A DNA stretch of 64,000 nt from an uncultured Planctomycetota bacterium (GTDB lineage: Bacteria; Planctomycetota; Planctomycetia; Isosphaerales; Isosphaeraceae), in assembly GCA_963845755.1 (NCBI GenBank), contig CAWJTV010000033.1, positions 352,001 through 416,000 on the forward strand, given 5' to 3'. Position numbers and translations under genes: made by a program. Under the pieces are notes generated by a model, which did not search any database, was not told the DNA's origin, and saw nothing but the letters and a program-made list of their open reading frames with translations. This document shows positions 42,345 to 52,833 of the stretch, one piece after another. Every line of letters starts with the position of its first letter. Position 1 is the stretch's first letter.

Positions 42345-43331
42345 ATGTTGATTTTTGAGCTCCGGGACATCCCCCTGATATCCTGGTACATCGGCGTGCT
42401 CGTCTTCCTCGAGGGACTCCTGAGCGCCGACAATGCCCTGGTCCTGGCCCTGATGGTCCGGCACCTGCCCCGGCGCGAGCAGCGCCGGGTGCTGATCTGG
42501 GGGATCTGGGGTGCGATCGGGTTCCGGATCGTCGCCGTGCTGTTATCGGCCTACCTGATCCGGTTCTGGTTCTTCGAGGTCCTCGGCGGCTTGTACCTCG
42601 TCTACCTGGCAGCTTCCCACTTCTTATGGCCGGAAGAGGCCGAGGGTGAGAGTGCAGATGATCCCACAAACGGGAATCCGAGGACCCGGGTGCGGCGCTG
42701 GATTCCCGTTTTCTGGGGGACCGTGATCGCGGTCACGTGGACCGACATCGTCTTCTCGATCGACTCGATCCTCGCCGCTGTGGCCATGGCCGATGAGTTC
42801 CCCGATCGATTCGGGCCCAATGGGAAGGTCTTTATCGTCTTCGTGGGAGGCGTCCTCGGCATCATCACGATGCGATTCGTCGTCCGCTATTTCTTGATGC
42901 TCCTCGAACGCTTCCCCGGCCTGGCCGAAGGGGCTTACTTCCTGGTGGGGTGGATTGGGCTCAAGCTCCTGGTCAATGGATTCCACAAGGGGGAGTATCT
43001 CAACTTCCATATCCCGGGACCGCTGTTCTGGTCGGGCATGTTGTTGATCGCCGTGCTCAGCCTGGTCATCCGGCCCCGCTCGAAGCCGATTGACGAGGCC
43101 GGGGTTTCGGCGAGCCTCGACTTGCTCGACTCGGAGGACCCGCCTCCGGATCCGTCGGCCACCGGGATTCTCGACGACAAGGGTCCGGATTCGACTGGCA
43201 CCAAACCGAACTCGCCATCGTCAACCGAGGAACGATCGAACGAAGAACCACCGCCTGATCGACCCGGGAATGGGCCGATCCGCGGCGACAGTCATGAGGT
43301 GCTGGAACCCAGGCCGAGCCGGGTTCCCTAG
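42345..43331 (+). CDS. TerC family membrane protein (YkoY-like)
   Basis: LEGLLSADNALVLA, DIVFSIDSILAAVA, GGVLGII.MRF; GGAGG RBS. Confidence 0.9.
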   Translation: MLIFELRDIPLISWYIGVLVFLEGLLSADNALVLALMVRHLPRREQRRVLIWGIWGAIGFRIVAVLLSAYLIRFWFFEVLGGLYLVYLAASHFLWPEEAEGESADDPTNGNPRTRVRRWIPVFWGTVIAVTWTDIVFSIDSILAAVAMADEFPDRFGPNGKVFIVFVGGVLGIITMRFVVRYFLMLLERFPGLAEGAYFLVGWIGLKLLVNGFHKGEYLNFHIPGPLFWSGMLLIAVLSLVIRPRSKPIDEAGVSASLDLLDSEDPPPDPSATGILDDKGPDSTGTKPNSPSSTEERSNEEPPPDRPGNGPIRGDSHEVLEPRPSRVP

Positions 43332-44191
43332 TTCATCTCGTAGTCAACCAGCGCTTCGCGGAGCTTCTGAAGCACGCGCGACTTTTCGTTGCTGATCGTC
43401 TTGGGAGCGACGCCCCACTGGAGGGCGATCTCGGCGGGAGTTTTGCCCATGAGCGTATCGTGGATCAGGGCGGCTTCGCGCGGACTCAGGTTCTGGTCGA
43501 TGGCGTCCTGGAGTGCGGCCCGTAGCGACGCACCGGCTGGCTGGTCTCCCGCATTCGACGGGACGTCAACCGAATCCAGCGACTGATGGGCCTTCTCCCG
43601 TTGCGCCCGCTTCTTCACCATGTCCACGGCGCGGAAGAAGGAGACGCCCTCGGACGTCTCGCGAGAGAAGACGTCCCGGATCCCCCAGTTCCCCACGTCT
43701 CCGACCAGGGAATCAAAACGCTGTCGCCCCAGGTTCTGGAGCAAGGTCGCGTAAACGGCCTGCGAGCTGTCGTCATGGAGCTGGGCGGGGATCCCCGCGC
43801 GATACCAGGCACGATTGAGGTACTTGTTCAACTGGGTCAGGCCCGATGTCACCGCGGCGGGATCGGCCTGAGCCGGGACTGTGGACGCCCCCGAGGACGT
43901 GGCCACGACCCCCGACGGCGCCGGAGTCGTCTCGGGATCGCTCAGCCACTCGGCCAGATGGGTATGGCCCAGCGCGGCGTCCCAGGCGGCATTCGAGAAC
44001 GAGGACGCCAACGCATCCCCGCCCGTGGTTAGCGATTCCTGGACCGGGTCGGTCAGCAGGTCGCGCTCCACGACCATCCCCGGGAGTGGATGGGCCTGCG
44101 CGGCGCCGGACAACAGCCGCAACGCCTCGAGCCCTTCCACCGTCGGGCGATAATCTCGCCGCGTTCGTGTCTTCTTCTCACCGCCGGCCAA
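43328..44191 (-). CDS. sigma-70/ECF-like protein with N-terminal planctomycete leader motif
   Basis: C-terminal region-4 HTH LSPREAALI..GKTPAEIALQWGVAPKTISNEKSRVLQKLR; N-terminal RRDYRPTVEGLEALRLL. Confidence 0.65.
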   Translation of the reverse strand: MAGGEKKTRTRRDYRPTVEGLEALRLLSGAAQAHPLPGMVVERDLLTDPVQESLTTGGDALASSFSNAAWDAALGHTHLAEWLSDPETTPAPSGVVATSSGASTVPAQADPAAVTSGLTQLNKYLNRAWYRAGIPAQLHDDSSQAVYATLLQNLGRQRFDSLVGDVGNWGIRDVFSRETSEGVSFFRAVDMVKKRAQREKAHQSLDSVDVPSNAGDQPAGASLRAALQDAIDQNLSPREAALIHDTLMGKTPAEIALQWGVAPKTISNEKSRVLQKLREALVDYEMN

Positions 44192-44854
44192 TCCGGATCC
44201 CCCCTGTCGATTCGCACCGCGATCTCAAATCGTCCCCTCCTCCTTGATTGCCGAAATCCCGAGAATCGGTCACGATTTGTTCATACGATTCCGGCCACCA
44301 TCGTGTTCGCGTCCTCCCGAACAATCCTCTCCTCAATTCCGACCCCGTCACCAACATCATAAGACGTTATCGCCGTCCGGCCACTCGCGCCCGTCAACTT
44401 AATCAAATCGGCATGACCCTTGGAGAGCAAATCGCACGCCTGCTAATTATAATATCACCCACGCAATACATCGTCCAGGTCCCCATGCCTGCCTGGCGAC
44501 ACGGATTTCTGGAATCTTCGAGATCTCTGCGGAAATCGAGAGTCCTCGAACGTAAGTCTTTCGTATTTGGTGGGTTTCACCCACCTGACGAAATCGACTC
44601 CCGACACTTCAGGAACCACTCGCACCACGTCAACCGATCAGATGATCAGTTCTCTTGCAATCGCACACGGATGAATTGATGTCAGTCAGCATCGACGGAC
44701 AACGGACGGTCGCGCCAGCACTGGCGATTCGCGTTGTTGTAAGGATCGCAATAATCGATCGGATCGTGCAACTTTTCTCCAAGGACGAGGGAGGTTGACT
44801 GCTCTATCTGGTGCGAAAACGGGAAATCTGGGCAAACCTGGAAGGCATCGCTGG

Positions 44855-46123
44855 TTACACGTGAGAAGGCATCTCGAAACGGCTGCTATACGGACGGAAT
44901 AGGAGGGCGTTGGCCTCGGCGTCGTGAAACGCCTCGCGCTGGGCGTCGAATGTGAGGTTTTTCCCGACGCGGTAGGCGATGTTGCCCAGATGGCAGAGCC
45001 GGGTGCTGAGATGGCCGATCTCGATATCGGCGTTGGGCTTCTCGCGGGTCTTGACGCAATCGAGGAAGTTCCGGACGTGGTGCCCCTGGCCGTCGGGACC
45101 GGGCTTGCTGCGTGAGCCGTCGCCATCCTCGACGTGCCACCCTCTGTCGCCCACGATCATGGTCCCTTTATCGCCGTAGAAAGCGGTTCCGAACCCCACT
45201 CCCTCCGTGGGGTGTTTGGACCACATGCGATGTTCCCACACCAGGCAGGCGTTGGGAAACTTCCAGGTTGTGATCTGCGTGTCGGGGACTTCTTGATCGT
45301 CATCGAAGACGTATTTGCCGCCCGCGGAACTGACGGCGACCGGCGCGTCCACGCCGAGTCCCCAACGCGCCACGTCCACGGCGTGGATGCCGTTGTTCCC
45401 CAGCTCGCCGGTGCCCCAGTTCCAGAACCAGTGCCAGTTGTAATGGAAGCGATTCGGGTAGAAGGGCCGATCCGGGGCCGGTCCTTGCCACATGGCGTAG
45501 TCGACGCCGGGCGGGACGGTACCGGGCTGACCGTGCCCAATGGCATGCCGCACCTGGTGGATCCAGGCCCGGGCCATGCCGACCTTACCGACGGCCCCGC
45601 TCTGGACCCGCTCGATGGCCTCGGCAACCCACGGCGCGCTTCGGCGCTGGGTGCCGACCTGGACGACGCGTTCGTACTTCCGTGCGGCCTCGACCATCCG
45701 GCGCCCCTCGACGACATTATGGCTGGCGGGCTTCTCGACATACACGTCCTTGCCGGCCTGGCAGGCCATGACCGTCATGAGGGCGTGCCAGTGGTCGGGC
45801 GTGGCGATCGTCACGGCGTCGATTGACTTGTCGTCGAGCAACCGGCGGAAATCCTTCTCGGTCCGGGGGGCCTTCCCGCCGGCCGTCTCCACCGTCTTGA
45901 CCGGCTTGGCAAACATGGCGTCATCCACGTCGCAGACGGCCACGACCTCGGCGACCGAGTCGCTGGAGAACATCTTGGCGTGGTCGTGTCCGCGACTCCG
46001 CAAGCCGATCACCCCCACTCGCACCCGCTCGCTCGCCGCCGCCCGACCCGATCGCGATGGGAGGACCAGCAGACCCGTACCCGCTGCACTCAGGAACGTC
46101 CGCCGGTTCAAGGACTTCGTCAT
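44855..46123 (-). CDS. Tat-exported Gfo/Idh/MocA oxidoreductase
   Basis: NRRTFL Tat motif; VGVIGL, ATPDHWH, DVYVEKP, QVGTQRRS, GELGNNGIH. Confidence 0.92.
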   Translation of the reverse strand: MTKSLNRRTFLSAAGTGLLVLPSRSGRAAASERVRVGVIGLRSRGHDHAKMFSSDSVAEVVAVCDVDDAMFAKPVKTVETAGGKAPRTEKDFRRLLDDKSIDAVTIATPDHWHALMTVMACQAGKDVYVEKPASHNVVEGRRMVEAARKYERVVQVGTQRRSAPWVAEAIERVQSGAVGKVGMARAWIHQVRHAIGHGQPGTVPPGVDYAMWQGPAPDRPFYPNRFHYNWHWFWNWGTGELGNNGIHAVDVARWGLGVDAPVAVSSAGGKYVFDDDQEVPDTQITTWKFPNACLVWEHRMWSKHPTEGVGFGTAFYGDKGTMIVGDRGWHVEDGDGSRSKPGPDGQGHHVRNFLDCVKTREKPNADIEIGHLSTRLCHLGNIAYRVGKNLTFDAQREAFHDAEANALLFRPYSSRFEMPSHV

Positions 46124-46526
46124 CGTCGACCTCCCGTGCCGTCTGGAGGGATCGTCATGAGAAAAGAGTATCAAGCAAATGTTAACGTAACCCGAAAACG
46201 AGAAACAAGCCCCAAGTACGGGGTGCCGGGCTTCCCGAGGCGGTCCTCGACCCGTCGCTGGTCGATTCCGCATGGCGTGGCCGGAACGCCGCCTCGTGCC
46301 GGTTTTCTCTTTTGCATCCACACTTGGCGCGACATAGAATTCCGCCTGGAAACTCGGTAGGTCTCAGGTCGCCGGAATCTGAGCGAACCCGGACACCTCT
46401 CTGTCGAGGATGACATCATGGAGACCAGTTGGCTAACCCTATCCAAAGCCTTCCTCTCGAGCTTTTCCTTCCGCGGCCTTCTGGTTGGCCTGACGACGGT
46501 CGTCTTCGTTCGACCTTTACTGGACG

Positions 46527-48902
46527 ATGTTGAAGGCATGGATACGGTTCGCCTGGCACAACCTGGGCCTGGTCCTGATCGTGGCCTTGCTATATGGGTT
46601 CATCTACCAGGAAGTGGGGGAAGATTATGGCATCCCGGCCCTGTTCTGGAACGAGGATAGGCTCAACCAGTTCTATGCGGGCATGGCGTTAACAATGTTG
46701 GTCGGCCTGTTGTTGATCCTTGCCTTCTACAAGGAGTCCCTCCAGAGCAAGCCCGACGAGCCGGGCCAGTTCTGGGAGGCCATGGGACGACTGAAAGGGT
46801 CGGGATGGCCCTGGAAACCCTGGAGGTGGATCGACCCCGACCGCCTGGCGGCGAGCCACTTCTACCGGTTATCCGTCTACCTTCGGGTCGTCGGGACACC
46901 CCTGCTGGTCTACCTGGCGATCCCGGCCTTCTGGCCCGCCGGATCCGGGGGTCCGCTCATCACTCCCGACGTCGGGGTCGAACGCTACTGGTACGTCTGG
47001 CTGGCCGGGATCGTCGCGGGCGTCGTGGTGATGGCCGTGATCCTGATCATCAGCATTGTCGTGTTCGATTACATGATTGTGCGGATATTCTTTGGCTGGA
47101 TCGCGACTCGGGCGGACCTGGACGACCCCGACAACGACGACTCGCTCTCGGCGTCCCTGACGACGACGGGCGTGCTGACCCTGGCGTGTTACATCGTGAT
47201 GGCCTGGCCGTGCTATGGGATCGTCACGGCGGCCTTCGCCGTCTGCGCCCTGCTCGGATTGGTCGGCGTGATCTACTCGGCCCTTCTCTTCGCGATCCTC
47301 GGCAGCGAGCGGACCGTCCGGCCGTTCGGGATCGCCCATCCGCGGGCATGGACAGGCGTCGTCATGGTGGTTCTCTTATTGATGGCCTCGGTGTCGAACC
47401 ATCGACCGTATTCGTACCACTTCCCGGGACTCAGCTACGCGCCCGCCGACCGCGTGGACCTCTGCCGCCGGTTCATGCAGGAGGATATCGACTCGAGCGG
47501 CGCCGGCGCCGGCTGCGGACCAGGGCCTTCCGGGGCGGTCCCGGGCGAGATGGTCAACGACTCCGCCGCACTCAACGCCTGGCTGGGAGGACCGTCCGCG
47601 CCGAATCGGACGCTCGCGGTGGTGGCGGTCAGCGGCGGCGGCATCCGCGCAGCGGCCTGGACGGCCGTCGTCTTGAAGACGCTGGAGGAGCGGATCCCCG
47701 ACTTCTCATACCATGTCCGGCTGGTGACGGGCGCATCCGGCGGGATGGTCGGCGCGGCGCTGTTCGTCGAGTCGGTCGCCCCGCCGGGTCGGAACGCAGG
47801 CGATGCGCCGCATGCCCCGGGCGTGCTTGGCCAGGTCGTGGAAGTCAGCTCTCGTGATGGCCTGACCGGAGTGGCCAAGCACCTCGTCCTGCGCGATCTG
47901 CCTCGTTCGTTCCTCCCGATCCCGTTGGGCCAGGTCTCGGATCGAGGCACCGAGCTCCAGCGAGCGTGGGCGCCTCCCAAGTCGGGAGGCCCGCGCCTGG
48001 ACGTGGCCCTGTCCTCGCTCGCCGAGGGCGAGCTTCAAGGATGGCGGCCATCCATCGTCTTCAGTCCGATGCTCGCCCAGGATGGGCGGCGACTCATGAT
48101 CAGCAATCTCGACCTCGACGTCCTGACGCGAACCCACGCCGAGCGGCTCGATGTCCGACTCCCCGGCCTGACCGGCCGGCGGCTGCTCTCGATCCCGACC
48201 ATCCAGTTCTTCAAGTACTTCCCGAATCAGACGCGGTTGACGATCGGCACTGCTGTCCGGATGAACGCCTCATTCCCGCTGATCAGCCCCGCCGTGTCCC
48301 TGCCGACGTCGCCACCGCGCACGCCGATCGACGCCGGCTATTACGACAACTACGGCGTCAACATCGCGGCCTCGTGGATCTACGAGCATCGCGACTGGTT
48401 GAGCCGCCACACGTCGAATGTCGTGTTGATCCAGATCCGGGATACTGTCAGCGAGTACCAGCGCCGGCAAGTCGCCGACACCGACGAGGAGAAGGTGCGC
48501 TCGTGGTCCCTGCTGGACCTGTTCGATATCCCGGCCCTGGCCACACCTCTGAATGGGCTATTCAGCGCCACGACCGCCTCGATGTCGTTCCGGAACGACG
48601 AGCAGATCGAGGTCATCAGTGACTGGCTCAATTCCCGCCGGGGAACCCGGTTCCACACCGTCATCTTCGAGAACCCGACGCCTGCCGCCTTGAGCTGGTA
48701 TCTGACGCGCAAGGAGCGGGCCCTGATCGAGGCGGGCATGGGCGGCACGTTTCTCCCCCCGGCACTCCGCCCGCTGCTCCACGAAGATCGGGTCCACGCC
48801 GTTATCGATGCCAATGTCGAGCGGCTGGAACAGCTCCGAGGACTCTGGCGTCATCCCGGACACGGCGATGATACGGCCGCTGATGCTCCCAAGAAGCGCT
48901 GA
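46527..48902 (+). CDS. membrane-anchored patatin-like phospholipase
   Basis: several N-terminal TM helices; SGGGIRAA, GASGG, MNASFP, DAGYYDN. Confidence 0.8.
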   Translation: MLKAWIRFAWHNLGLVLIVALLYGFIYQEVGEDYGIPALFWNEDRLNQFYAGMALTMLVGLLLILAFYKESLQSKPDEPGQFWEAMGRLKGSGWPWKPWRWIDPDRLAASHFYRLSVYLRVVGTPLLVYLAIPAFWPAGSGGPLITPDVGVERYWYVWLAGIVAGVVVMAVILIISIVVFDYMIVRIFFGWIATRADLDDPDNDDSLSASLTTTGVLTLACYIVMAWPCYGIVTAAFAVCALLGLVGVIYSALLFAILGSERTVRPFGIAHPRAWTGVVMVVLLLMASVSNHRPYSYHFPGLSYAPADRVDLCRRFMQEDIDSSGAGAGCGPGPSGAVPGEMVNDSAALNAWLGGPSAPNRTLAVVAVSGGGIRAAAWTAVVLKTLEERIPDFSYHVRLVTGASGGMVGAALFVESVAPPGRNAGDAPHAPGVLGQVVEVSSRDGLTGVAKHLVLRDLPRSFLPIPLGQVSDRGTELQRAWAPPKSGGPRLDVALSSLAEGELQGWRPSIVFSPMLAQDGRRLMISNLDLDVLTRTHAERLDVRLPGLTGRRLLSIPTIQFFKYFPNQTRLTIGTAVRMNASFPLISPAVSLPTSPPRTPIDAGYYDNYGVNIAASWIYEHRDWLSRHTSNVVLIQIRDTVSEYQRRQVADTDEEKVRSWSLLDLFDIPALATPLNGLFSATTASMSFRNDEQIEVISDWLNSRRGTRFHTVIFENPTPAALSWYLTRKERALIEAGMGGTFLPPALRPLLHEDRVHAVIDANVERLEQLRGLWRHPGHGDDTAADAPKKR

Positions 48903-49190
48903 CCAAGACTCGGGCTGGACCGCGCGTCTTCGACCTGACTGCCCCTGTTGTGAATTTGTTCAAGCTCTCAGAACGGCCGAAGACAATTGAATCGATCAAT
49001 CGCTCCTCGAGGCTCGCTCGTCCGCTGATTGAAACGAAGAGTCTTGTCGGCACCCCGCGAACGCGCGAGATTGCCCCGGCATCAGGCTGGACTCTTGCAA
49101 TCCGTTCCTCATCTCCGACAATCGTGCCTGTGATCCTCGCGTGGATCGAAAACTCAGCTTCGGGCACGACGCAATCCGGAGACCATCGGC

Positions 49191-51115
49191 ATGTTTTCCC
49201 CAAGCGTTCGCCGCGTTGCGATTGTCCTCGTCGGATACGTCCTGGTCTCGAGCTGGCCGGCCGGCCGCGACTCGTACGCCCAGGGACCTCAGCCGGCGAA
49301 GCGGGCTGCAGAGTTCGGCATGGCGGTCGAGAAGAACGTCATGATCCCGATGCGAGACGGCGTTAGGCTGGCCGCCGACGTGTATCGGCCGGCACGCGAC
49401 GGCAAGCCCGCGGCCGGCCGGTTCCCGACGGTATTGACCCGGACCCCTTACGACAAGACCGGCGCCGGTGGTGAGGGGCAGTATTACGCCGAGCGCGGTT
49501 ATGTCGTGGTGGCCAACGACGTCCGCGGGCGTTATGCCAGCGAAGGGACCTGGCGACTGATCGTTGATGATCCGCAGGATGGTTATGACGTGGTCGAGTG
49601 GATCGCCCGCCAGGATTGGTCCGACGGGAAGATCGGTACGTTCGGCACGAGCTATCCCGGCGGTACCCAGCACGCTCTCGCCGAGATGAACCCGCCCCAC
49701 CTGACGACCCTGGTCCCGATCGACGCGGTGTCGAACTGCGGCGTCAGCGGGATGCGGCATGGCGGCGCGTTCGAGCTGCGCTTCATGAACTGGATCTTCC
49801 AGACCGGCGCACCCAACTCCAAGGCCGCCCTGGCCAACCCCGCGCTGCACAGGCCCTCATCGAGAGCGGGCGGCGGATCCGCCAGCATGCCGACAATTTG
49901 CCGGTCCGGCCCGGCTCGTCGCCGTTGCGCGTGGTCCCGGAATACGAGTCCTGGTTGGTGGAGGCCATGCGGAGCGGGCCCGAGGCGCCGTTCTGGCACA
50001 TCAAAGGGATGTCGGTCGTCGATCACGTGGGCGACTATGCCGACGTCCCGGTGCTCCATATCACCGGCTGGTACGATTCCTCGGGCGCGCCAGGTCACGA
50101 TGAACTACATCGCACTCTCCCTTGCGAAGAAGTCGCCCCAGCGCCTGGTGATCGGCCCGTGGGTCCACGGCAGCCAGACCTCGAACATCGCCGGTGAGGT
50201 CGAATTCACCAAGGACGCGGGGATCGACCTGCTGGGCTTTCGATTGCGCTGGTACGACCGCTGGATGCGGGGCGAGAAGAACGGGGTCGACGAAGATCCC
50301 GTGCTCATCTACATCATGGGGACCGGCGACGATCGACGATCCGTGGCCGGCCGGCTCCAGCACGGTGGCTCCTGGCGCCGACCGGCGCGAATGGCCCCTG
50401 CGCGCGCGCACGGAAAACGGCACTCTACCTGGGTGCGGGCGGGCAGCTCACCGCCGAGGCGCCGTCGCCCGGTGCCAGTCACACCACGTACACCTTCGAT
50501 CCGAACCATCCCGTGCCGACGATCGGCGGCAACATCTCGTCGAACCAGGGATTGATGACCAACGGCGGCTACGACCAGCGGCCCCGCGACGACACCCATG
50601 CGGCCGGCAGCCGGCTGCCGCTCTCGGAGCGCCGCGACGTGCTGGTCTTCCGCACGCCCCCGCTGGATGCCGACCTCGAGGTCACCGGCACGGTCGAGGT
50701 CAAGCTCTGGATCAGCTCCAGCGCGCTCGACACCGACTTCACCGCCAAGCTGATCGATGAGATCCCGCCCAATCCGGACTACCCACTCGGATTCGACCTG
50801 AACCTCGGCGACTCGATCCTGCGCACGCGATACCGACGAGGGCTCCACCGCCAGGCGCCTCCGCTCGAGCACAGCAAGGTCGAGCCGATCACCATCACGC
50901 TCTATCCGACCGCGAACGTCTTCAAGAAGGGGCACCGGATCCGCATCGACGTCTCGAGCAGCAACTACCCGAGGTTCGACGTCAACCCGAACACCGGCGA
51001 CCCGCTCGGCGAGTACCGCCGCATGGTCCCCGCCGATAACACCGTCCACCACGACGCGGCCCATCCCTCTCAGGTCGTCTTGCCGGTGATCCCGGACACG
51101 CACGCATCCGGATGA
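49191..51115 (+). CDS. CocE/NonD family hydrolase (multiple frameshifts)
   Basis: IPMRDGVRLAADVYRP, RTPY, DVRGRYASEG, GTSYPG, GWYD, IGPWVH, DTDFTAKL, SSSNYPRF. Confidence 0.92.
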
Positions 51116-51237
51116 TCGTGTCGTCTCGGCTTGTCGCTTTTCGTTAACACGGCTAGAGTCCAGCGGTGAGCAGACCTACCTCAGGACGACCATCCAACCT
51201 CCCATTTCTCGGTTTTCACGTTTCCGGAGGACTTGTC

Positions 51238-51762
51238 ATGGCGGACGTCGATTCGTTCCTGGAGCGTCAGTACGAGCGGTCTGCACTCGAGGACACGTCA
51301 CTCGCGAATGGGTATTCGTTCTTTCACTGGTTCATGATGGCGGGCTTTGTTGCGTTCTACGCCCTGCTGCTGCCGATCAATCAGCGATGGTTCAGCAACG
51401 CGGCCGCGAGTGGCTTGCTCTGGTGGACCGCGCTGCCGCTGGGCCTGGTCCTGCTCGGCTTCGTCGTCGCGGCTTGCACCCTGCACTGGAAGACGATGAC
51501 GCATGCCGAGCGAGTGACCCGTGCCTGGATGATCTCGTTTGTGCTTTTGATCTTCATGGGTGAGCTCTTCCGCGCGCCATCTGCTGTGGGTCGAGTGGAT
51601 GGAACTGCCGTTGACGCTGGTCTGTGGCGCGCTGGGATGGTGGCGCTTCACATCGGCCTGCAGAATCACGCCGAGCGCACCAATCGCGAGATCCGCGTGA
51701 GGCTGCGGAAGCGTGCCGAGCAAGCGGCCTTCAGCCGGGGCAAGACGATCTCGACGGCCTGA
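51238..51762 (+). CDS. hypothetical membrane protein
   Basis: GGAGG RBS before ATG 51238; about 4 hydrophobic segments. Confidence 0.55.
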   Translation: MADVDSFLERQYERSALEDTSLANGYSFFHWFMMAGFVAFYALLLPINQRWFSNAAASGLLWWTALPLGLVLLGFVVAACTLHWKTMTHAERVTRAWMISFVLLIFMGELFRAPSAVGRVDGTAVDAGLWRAGMVALHIGLQNHAERTNREIRVRLRKRAEQAAFSRGKTISTA

Positions 51763-51910
51763 GAGGATCGAGGAGAATCCCGCGCGGGACACGTCTAAGA
51801 GTCTTCCTTCGTAGGATCCCCGCGCCGTGCGCGCATCTGAGGATTCCGAATTCCAGACTCGAGATTCGACACTCCTCGCTTATCACCACCTCGGTTCGAC
51901 AGAGTTCTCT

Positions 51911-52118
51911 ACGCCAACGGCGTTGCACAGCAAAACCCAGGGTCGCCGCAGGCGCACCCTGGGAACGTCGAGTCGCCACCGAGTTCCGGTTTCCCTCTCC
52001 TCCGGCGCACCCCAACGGGGTTTCCCCAGCCCGACGCTCCGGTTCGCCTGGGGAGGAAGTTCCCGACCCAGGGTGCGCCTGCGGCGACCCTGGGCTTTGC
52101 TCTTAACGCCTTTGGCGT
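51911..52118. repeat. long REP-like inverted-repeat element
   Basis: ACGCCAACGGCGTT..CAAAACCCAGGGTCGCCGCAGGCGCACCCTGGG mirrored by CCCAGGGTGCGCCTGCGGCGACCCTGGGCTTTG..AACGCCTTTGGCGT. Confidence 0.75.
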
Positions 52119-52833
52119 CAGGGTTGCCGCGGAATCCCGCTCGTCGGTTCATGAACCGAGTGGTGTTCGGCGAGAAGTGTCCAAGATTCCCGAATCATTC
52201 CCCTTCGGGAATCCGGAATCTCGAATCGTGAATCCCTCTTTTGGTTGCGGCCGAAGGCCGCGTTAGGGTGCTCAGCGAGCACCGGGACGGTTGGGGTTTG
52301 CGCCTCGGTGCCCACAGGGCACCCTACGACTCCGTACGCGACCCAACCGTTCAGCGCTCTAGCGGCGTCACTCCTGGGGCTGGAGGCGCCGAGGACCAAA
52401 CTCGCGGGCTGATCGAGCAAGCCTACGAACGGTATATTCCCAATGTATCGAACGGCCTCTGGGCCGCGCTGGTTGATGAGCCAATAGCCCAACTCCAGGG
52501 GTGCGCGAGCTGGTTCTGGACGTTACGCGGTTCAGCATAACAGCCGGGTACACGGGCACAAGGCCCTGCGATCGCGAACCGTCCAGATTCAGCGGACGGT
52601 TGTGACCGCAGGTTCAGCAGTGTGCCTTCTGCGCGACAAGGCGCACCCGCCAGCAGGCGGAGCCACGGGGCCGTCGAACGCGCGGGAAGTTCGATCGGCC
52701 GCGGTGGGGCTGCATGGGTGGACCCTTCGTGAGATAATCCAACCAAGCCGGCGCACTCCGGTCGCAGACCCCCGGCGTCGGGGGCTGACCGCGCCACGCA
52801 CCGCCCGCGCCGGCGTCCCGGGAGGCTTGCCCG

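Noticed and set aside
52570..52730. attC-like hairpins
   Set aside because: No proper RYYYAAC/GTTRRRY core pair, and no integrase or cassette array.
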